From contig JAUCBJ010000118.1 of assembly GCA_032718475.1 (NCBI GenBank), positions 1-64,000 on the forward strand: a stretch of 64,000 nt of DNA. The letters run 5' to 3'. The stretch is from Nemertoderma westbladi. Its lineage: Eukaryota; Animalia; Xenacoelomorpha. This document shows, in pieces, positions 56,033 through 64,000 of the stretch (within the stretch, counting starts at the first letter, position 1; every line of letters begins with the position of its first letter). Position numbers and translations under genes: made by a program. Under the pieces are notes generated by a model that worked only from the letters and a program-made list of their open reading frames with translations, was not told the origin of the DNA and made no database searches.

Positions 56033-58640
56033 TCGATATATTGAAAAATATCGAGACATGAAAAATATCGAGAGTAAAAATAACGCGAGTAAAAATATCG
56101 AGTGTGGAAAAATAACGATAATATCGAGAGTTCAAAAAATATCGAGCGTAAAAAAATCGAGAGTAAAAATATCGACTGTTGAAAAATATCAAGAGTAAAA
56201 ATATCGAGTGTTGAAAAATATCGAATTTTGAAAATTATCGAGAGTAAAAATATCGAGTGTTGAAAAATATCGAGAGTAAAATATCGAGTGTTGAAAAATA
56301 TCGAGAGTAAAAATATAGAGTGTTGAAAAATATCGAGAGTAAAAATATCGAGTGTTGAAAAATATCGAGAGTAAAAATATCGACAGTAACAATTTTTTTA
56401 ACTAAGGGTTGTATGATAATTGTTTTCTTAAAAATGTTCTAGAACCAAAAAATGTGTTCTAGAACAAAAAATATTTATCAACATTGGTAGCTAACACGTG
56501 TTCTATAACATTTATAAAAATAAGTAGAAAATACTAGCTAACTATTTTAAAAAATTAAAAATATATTCTAGAATTAAAAAATGTGTTTTAGAACAAAAAT
56601 ATTTATCAAAATTGATAGCTAGCACTTATTCTATAATATTTATTAATAAAATAGCAAAAACTAGCTAGTATAATATATCTGGTGAATGGGTACCCAAGGT
56701 GTATTAACCCTATTAGTACCGGGCTATAAAATGTTGTACAAATACCGGGGGGGGGGGGTCATATTGACCCCCCCCTCTAAAACCTACAAATATTTACGAA
56801 AACGTCTGATTTTTTGTTTGTACGTAGGTATCACTTGTCTGGATCCGACCGAAAAAAAAATTTTCGAAAAAATGTACTGGCGTGGTTATATTGCAGCACC
56901 AAAATTACAAGTACAGTGCACAATTTTCACAAAATTTGAAAGTTACATTTTCGGCCAAATATTTTTCAATACAGGTTTTCTGGGGTGCAAAATACATTGG
57001 AAAATATTTAAAAATGATATGATTACTATAAATGGCTGTTTAGTCCTCTCTGCGTAGGAAAAAAATGAAAAAAACAAGTAACCAGCACTTTTCAGTTAGA
57101 ACACAAAATTTTTAATTCACTTATACGACGCTATAAATTCACATTTTCAGGTTTTCGAGGGCACTGATTCTAATGGAATACATTTCTAATATGCCAGATC
57201 ATTGCTACTTGTATTTTTCGGCGTTATTTGACAAATTTTGGTGCTAGCACCAAATTTCGTACCCATCAGCAAAAAGTACAAGTTTGCGATGTCCAGTGCT
57301 GTTTTTATTGATTCCATCGGATTCAGGACCCTCATAAACCCGTATAACGCAAGAAACAAGGTGATACTATCTACTTATCAATTTGCATATTTTCCAAAAT
57401 TTGGTGCTGGCACAACAATTTTCACCCACCGGCGAAAAATATAAGTTTGAGAAGTCTTAAGAAATTTTTACTGATTCCATTGATTTCAGAACCATCACAA
57501 ACCCGTATAACGCAAGAAACAAGGTGACACAATCAATTGATATATTTGATGGTTTTTAAAATTTGGTGCTAGCACAACATTTTGCACCCACATCCGAAAA
57601 ATACAAGTTTGAGATGTCTAGTTCGATAATTATATTTTCCATTGAATTCAGAACAGCCATAAACCTCTAAAACGCAAGAAATAAATTGTCACAAGCAATT
57701 TTATCTATTGAATGGATTTTCAAAATTTCGTGCTAGCACCAAAATTTGCACACAGCACCGAAAAATACAAGTTTGATACGCTTGGTGCAACTCGTATATA
57801 TTTCATCGAATCCAGAACCCCAAAAAAACCCCAATTGCGTAAAAAACAAGTTTCAAACAATCAATTTACAAAATTGACTTATTTCAAAATTTGGTGCTGG
57901 CACCAAAATTTGGCACCCACCGAAAAAAACAAGTTTGAAATTTCTAAATCAATTTATATGAATTCCATCCAATTTCTAACACCAAAAAACCGGTGTAAAT
58001 CAAAAATAGAGATGTTACAATTCATATATAATGAAATGTAATTTTCAAAAAACGTCTCAAAAAAAGTGCCAAAAGTAGGGTTAAAAAATGGTGCTATAAC
58101 TCGAAAAGTACCCAATATTTTTGAAAACGGTTTTCACTACTAGGAAGGCAATAGATTTTTAGGAAAAGTCATAAAATTTCAGATTCCCAACTGCGTTTGT
58201 TTCAGAATTATAATAAAAAAACCACGGGGGAGGGGGTCATATTGACCCCCCCCCCCCCCCCGGGTTTAATAGGGTTAATGCCATTTACTTGCACTTGCAC
58301 TGTTGTAACCCATGCACTGAAATATTGTCCCATAATTCTAAATAAAATGCTCAAGCAAAAGGCAATATTTTTACTCTCGATATTTATCAACACTCGATAT
58401 TTTTCAACACTCGAAATTTTTACTCTCGATATTTTTCAACACTCGTTATTTTTATATTTTTCATCTCGCGTTATTTTTACTCTCCATATTTTTTAATTGC
58501 GTTAATTTTCAACACTCGTTATTTTTACTCTCCATATTTTTTAATTGCGTTAATTTTCAACACTCGTTATTTTTACTCTCGATATTTTTACTCTTGTTAA
58601 TTTTACTCTCGATATTTTTCAAGTCTCAATATTTTTCACC
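56033..58640. repeat. Foldback structure with AAAATATCGAG(A/T)GT arrays in opposite orientation at each end
   Basis: Array 56033-56390 mirrors 58365-58640; encloses nested MITEs. Confidence 0.75.
56708..58274. mobile_element. piggyBac-type non-autonomous element with internal ~160-bp tandem repeats
   Basis: TTAA-CCCTATTA...TAATAGGG-TTAA; repeated TTTGGTGCT(A/G)GCAC..ACAAGTTTGA units. Confidence 0.85.
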
Positions 58641-58959
58641 ATTACCCTCCCCTTATGCTGAGGTGACTCCCCTTACGCTGTGATGACTCCCCTAATTGAG
58701 TTATAATTAATATCCGTACCAGTGTTATTTTCTTATATTGCAAAAATAAAACTGTAACCTATGTTATTTTTTTTTTTTTCTGAATTTTCTCGAATTATTC
58801 GAGAAATTTATTTTTTTTATTAACTTGCCATAGAAAATGTATTATATAGGTCATGATTGAGATCAAATTAACTAAATAAATGAATACGAGTCCATGTTCT
58901 CTATAACGAATACAAGTAAATGTTTTCTGATACATAACGTCTAAAACTGTTGCGGGTCC

Positions 58960-59089
58960 TTACGCCCTCTTGCCTCTGATCCTACGGGCCAGTTTGGATA
59001 TCCTTCGGCATTATGGTAACTCGATTGGCGTGGATAGTGCACAGATTCGTGTCCTCAAACAATCCAACGAGATAAGCCTCAGATGCTTC
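58960..59089 (-). pseudogene. H3: Histone H3 3' fragment (approx. residues 94-135), frameshifted
   Basis: [32 protein letters not shown] then, after a 1-nt insertion, [10 protein letters not shown]-stop. Confidence 0.93.
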
Positions 59090-60188
59090 ACTACACCTCC
59101 CTTCAGTTAATGATTCGCTGGTTCCCAATATCGAAGCGGTGTTTCCGATCAGGATAGCTATCAGGATACGCTGTAGTAAGAAGCGATGAGAACTGGGCTC
59201 ATGTGTGTTGGCGTGGAGCCTCATCCCGACTTCTTTGAGGAAAGCGGCTGTTCTCGGACCGGGGCAGCCAAATGTCTCAAAGGCAACTGATTCGAAGTGA
59301 TAGCCCCGATCAATGAACTCCTGATACTTCCTAATCTTTACGTTCTCCTGATCCTCGGCTATGCGACCACCAATGGTTTGGCTTATTCTGAGATGGCTGG
59401 GGGCTAGCGGGTCGACTACTGTGGCATCCCAGGTAAGTGTTCTTCCCTGGCTCCAAGGAACTAATGTTACACCATCTACCTGCTTCCCATTGCTCAAACA
59501 GAGACCTGGCGGTTCACGCAGGGATGGCACGCCGCAGCTGTTTAGTGATCGCTTTACGATATCGTTCAACATGCTGTGGCGTGCTTGTCGACCTGCGCTC
59601 TTACTGCACGAGAGACCATGGAGACCGTCAGATTTAACGGGTTGCTATTGAAATACGGAGCTGGGCATCTGTTAGTTTCAGGCCTAATGATGATACTGGG
59701 ATCGCGTTGATCCAACAGCCAGGGATTGGGTCGTCTAAAGCGTTTAGCCGGGCCAGATCATTACCGACAGCGGATTCGTGGAGGCAACCACGGTTGAACT
59801 CATGGATTGGAGCCATCCATGAACTCTGTTTGGAATCGGTTGGTGCGATGACGTCAGTGGTGGTGTAGGACTGCCACAGTTCTAGTGCACTGCGAGAGGT
59901 GATGTTATTTGCGATGGGTTGGGGGTGAAGGGCTCCCGGGATATCTCGTACCGAGTAAACTTCTGGAGTGGAAAGGAGATTCGTGAGAGATCCCGCACTT
60001 CCGTCCTTCCTCGATAACTGTCTGGAGATCCTGTAGCACGATCTCATATTTGTCTGCGAAGTTTCCATCATCGAGATACCAGACGTTAAATTTAGATTTC
60101 AGCGAGTGGTTGAGATCGTTCGTGACATCTCCAAACAATGCAGGACCTTCGGGGTCTCCCTGTTGCGGACCTTCTTCGGAGAGGATTA
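59090..60188 (-). mobile_element. CRE-like RLE-type non-LTR retrotransposon fragment (internally deleted)
   Basis: RT motifs GPQQGDP and WYLDDG; [47 protein letters not shown] of the restriction-like endonuclease region. Confidence 0.85.
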
Positions 60189-60699
60189 CTAAAAAGTACT
60201 AAAATTACTAAAAGTATTTTTAACATGAAAGCGAATTCCATCTGAGCGTTAATGTAATGTAATGGCTGACCGGTGTTTGAGTACTGTAGGGTTTACTGCA
60301 TCCTGATAACTCCTTTAAATTTAATAATAGTGTTTATAGTTGTTTTATAGTGACTCTAGTATTTTTAAGGCCCTTAAAATAGTCATTAAAATACTAAGCC
60401 TATGTAGAAATCCACAAACTAAACCAACCAGTTAATGTTTGCTTTGCCAGAGAGTGGTGGGTCCTAAACAAACCGTATGGGTGGGTGTACTAAGTACAAT
60501 AATCGTGGCCACCTCATCGCTTTATACTAAGCCTTGTGTATAAATCCATTACATAAGCCACTTTTCATCAGCACACCAGCTGTTATTGGTGTTATTTTAC
60601 CATTGCATCTATGGCGTTTTTTAGTTTATGTCTATTTTTCGAGACCAGAGGCCTCGAGACTAGCCAGCCAGCCAGCCAGTCATACAAGCACCCCATGAT

Positions 60700-61400
60700 A
60701 CAAAAAGTTGCTGATGACGATACTAATAAGCTATCAACCTAACCATAATTGGTGGAATACCAATCTGAATTAACCTATTGAATAATATTAAATGGTTTAC
60801 CCTGTCAAGCGCTTTGCTTGCATCAAGCATACAGCAATAAACTGGTGTGTCGTTCTATAAATAAAAGTTTACAATTTCTTTAAAAGCATAAATACAAAAC
60901 TCTATACCAGAGTTACTCTTAAACACAAATTGGTTATCACTTGTGATTAAATATATCTTAATACGACAGATAATAATTAATTCCAATATCTTAGATATAA
61001 TAGTAGGCCTATACTGATCCCAATTCCTCTATAATTGCCTTTGTTAGTAACATCGCCCGTTTTATCCTTAATTAATGGAATATTCTTAGCTTCAATAATA
61101 CGTCAGTTACGAACCCGTGACTAATACATAATTTAAATAATTGCGTTAAAAATGTACATAATAGATCAGTACAACAGTATTTAAAATGTTCAGCAGATAC
61201 ACCATCTGTGTAAAAATGTACATAATAGATCAGTATAACAGTACTTAAAATGTTCAGCAGATACACCATCTGTACTGACTGCTTTACCAACTTTTAAGTT
61301 CGATATTGCCTCTTTATTTCATTACTAGATATCTACTGTACTGTAGTTAAACTGTTCCAAATTAATGGAATTAAAAATTTTGTCAATGTGTGGTGTATTT
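60700..61400 (-). mobile_element. Degraded non-LTR RT fragment (L2/CR1 group-like)
   Basis: DGVSAEHFKY, PLIKDKTGDVTNKGNYRGIGIS, LDASKALDRVNH in broken frames; 64-bp tandem duplication at 61147-61273. Confidence 0.7.
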
Positions 61401-62383
61401 GTATCGGTATTTCTGCAATTAAATAAGTTGCAGAAATGGTCCTTCCAGAAATTTACTATATCCGCTCCTCCCCAACGGCCTTCCCAACCTTATTCGGGAG
61501 AGAGGTAGAACATTTTTGTTCTCCTTTTTACTAGAGACCAAACCTTTTAACAATGATTCCGCTAGACCGTCATCACGAAGTTTTAATACATATAATTAAA
61601 CAAAAACCAACTAATTAATTGTATATCTTGATTCTTTCGTTTTATTTAGATTAAGTTTAAGTGCCTTGGCCACCTCGACTATTACAATGGCAATGATGAC
61701 AATACAACCCCAACCTCTAATGTTACCAGTACCACTAGCCCTGACATTAATGAGGATTGACTTACCTACTTTTGAAGAAGGAGGGAGTGGGAGATGCAAA
61801 CTGGAAGACAATTCGATTCATCTATTTTATTATAAATTAGCTAGTCATCGGATATTATTATTATTATTGGTTATTTGGCATTAATGTTTATGGTATACTA
61901 ATGTTTATAATTATCTACTACCAAAGGCATTGCTATGCCTACTGTACTGTCAGAACTGATTCAAAATATTTTAATAGCCCCGGTCCACTGGTTAATCCCA
62001 TGGCCCTGGTCCACTGGTTAATCCCATGGCCCTGGTCCACTGGTTATTCCTATGTTTATTGTTCCACTGTGGGTCATCAGATTAGCCATCTATTAAACGA
62101 GTAATGCCGTCCCGAAATGACCAAGTTTGGCTTAGTAGAAGTGGAATATTACAGGTTAACAGTATAATAATATAGTTTCAAGATTTACAGAACCTTATAA
62201 GCGAAATATCCTCAATATTAAAGATACAGTATTATAAGTAGTACCGGCGGTACCCGTATGTTGTGTTACCAGTATGGTTATATGGGCAGGCCTAATAAGG
62301 GTTGAAGTCCAGCCAACTATAATCCCAACCAAAATAATAAACCAAATATAATATCCAAGTACTAAATACACCACAACCTGTAT

Positions 62384-63174
62384 TATAGTGTAATTTTCTG
62401 ATGACACGGACCCCCCCCCCCCCCCTGATTTTTCTACAAATCTTTATCAAATTGCTTAAAATTTGAAACACAACTAGTTCAACTCACCGTCGATGTCCAC
62501 ATGAAGCAGAATTTTCGATTTTGCCTATAAATTTTTTTATGAGCGTTTTAAAAAGTGTATTTTGCGAAATCGCACTCCCCCCGTCTCGTGGCCATTGTTC
62601 ACAGTAGTCGTAATTTTTCATATCATTATAAAGCTTGCGTTGCAAGGATTCAATATATGTAACAATATCTGAATTTCGTTCGGAAATAGCATGTGTTACA
62701 GTATTTTTTTTTTATGAGTTGGTAGGGAACAGCGGTATTCCTCTCCAATATCTATATTCTGTAGCTATTCATACATAAACAAATACAGTAGTTCCAGAAC
62801 ATTGGGATTATTAAATATAATAAATAGCCTTCGGCGAACAATTTTTCTTGCAATTTTTGAACGCATCACATCTACTGTATTTCTTAACGAAATTCAGATA
62901 TTGTTACATATTTGGAATCCTTGCTTGCAACGCAAGCTTTCTAATGATATCTACAAACCGATTGGCCGAGAAGAATGGCGACGATAGCAGATGTGCAATT
63001 TTGCAAAAGACACTCTTTCAAAAAGCTTATAAAAAAATTTACAGGCAAAATCGAAAATTCCGGCTTCATGTGGACATCAACGGTGAATGGGGTAGTTTTG
63101 TTTCAAATTTCAAGCAATATGATAATGATTTGTAGTAAAAGTGGGGGTCCGTGTCATCAGGAAATGACCCTATA
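62384..63174. mobile_element. Foldback MITE with long imperfect TIRs
   Basis: TTTCTGATGACACGGACCCCC..GATGTCCACATGAAGC mirrored at the right end; related pieces at ~23.6, 40.2-40.8 and 41.5-41.9 kb. Confidence 0.8.
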
Positions 63175-63539
63175 TTACGGGTCATGGTTTATATTTAGCC
63201 ATCCCTCTATTAACCACCTCTGCTGACTATATTTTTCGTTTTTTTTTTTGGAATGTAATCTAGATATTATTAGAACCGCCTTCATGCAGATTCCGAATCT
63301 GAAAACCGTTTTAAATTTCAACAAAAATTGCCGGTCATATTAGAAACTTTTTAGATCTTGGCAAAAAAATTACAATTTTGATGGTAGTGTATTGCAGTGA
63401 TTATACAAGAAACAGATCAGCAGGCGAGTTAAACTGTTTGATATTCGTTCAATTTGTTGGGTATATACTCAGACCTTTCGTATGGTACTGTACTTTACGT
63501 TCAAAGATTGCATATAATAGTGATATATGCAATCCAACC

Positions 63540-64000
63540 TTCTTGGCTGTGTGAATCCCAGATCTTCACCCTTTGTGACCGTGCTTATTGCGTAATCCAG
63601 TACAGTTAAGAATTTTAATGGCGACAATGTGTCACCAGGATTGAGAAAAACTCAGTGTCACCATCTGGTGAGAGTACCTGTGCTTCTGTGTCACAATATA
63701 ACAATCCAAATGCCAGCGACAATTACTTCTGGTATTCAATAATACCAAACTTTTTGACTTTTTGATTTTTTGGGGAGATTCTTTGACTTAATTCCTTCAA
63801 TCAGTCTCCGTAGTGCAAGTATCTGAGGTATTGTTGATCTACTGTATTTGGTCGAAATCCGTTTTGGCTCTTACGCAGTAGTTTCTCTATGTGAGGCCTA
63901 ATCCTATATAGAATCATTTTATTGTATATTTTGGCAGCTACCACAAGCAGACAGATCCCACGATACTTTGTTGGTATGCCGAGGTCTCCTTTCTTGGGGA
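63540..64000 (-). mobile_element. Degraded RTE-like RT fragment (second family), runs off window end
   Basis: PKKGDLGIPTKYRGI..AAKIYNKMIL..SQNGFRP..QILALRRLIEG and SPDGDTEFF. Confidence 0.8.

Noticed and set aside
56189-58496. ORFs within TCGA-rich arrays and the piggyBac MITE
   Set aside because: Products of tandem repeats; no transposase motifs.
58960-59089. Functional histone H3 gene or cluster
   Set aside because: Only the last ~42 codons, with substitutions and a frameshift; no other histone genes.

Overview
AT-rich, transposon-dense animal (probably invertebrate) genomic DNA. The dominant feature is an ~18 kb endogenous Polinton/Maverick (adintovirus-like) element at ~4914-22724, bounded by diverged terminal inverted repeats. 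Its + strand block encodes a RING protein, packaging ATPase, pX-like protein, integrase, two minor capsid proteins, a core-like protein, major capsid protein, adenain protease and a DEDD-like protein; several of these are disrupted. Its - strand block is intact and encodes a PC4-like protein, a 1354-aa protein-primed PolB and a divergent TATA-binding-protein-like gene. The left TIR appears interrupted by an LTR retrotransposon whose >=480-codon Gag-like ORF (missing from the ORF track) runs off the window. The rest holds two intronless host-type genes (a GPI-anchored Cys-rich Ly6-like protein and an SLC26 anion transporter lacking the anion-site Arg), a near-complete THAP/P-superfamily transposon with RFX X-boxes in its TIRs, RTE, BEL/Pao and CRE retroelement remnants (one fused to a histone H3 3' fragment), and many MITEs/foldbacks. 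All family calls are from motif recognition by eye; no database search was run.
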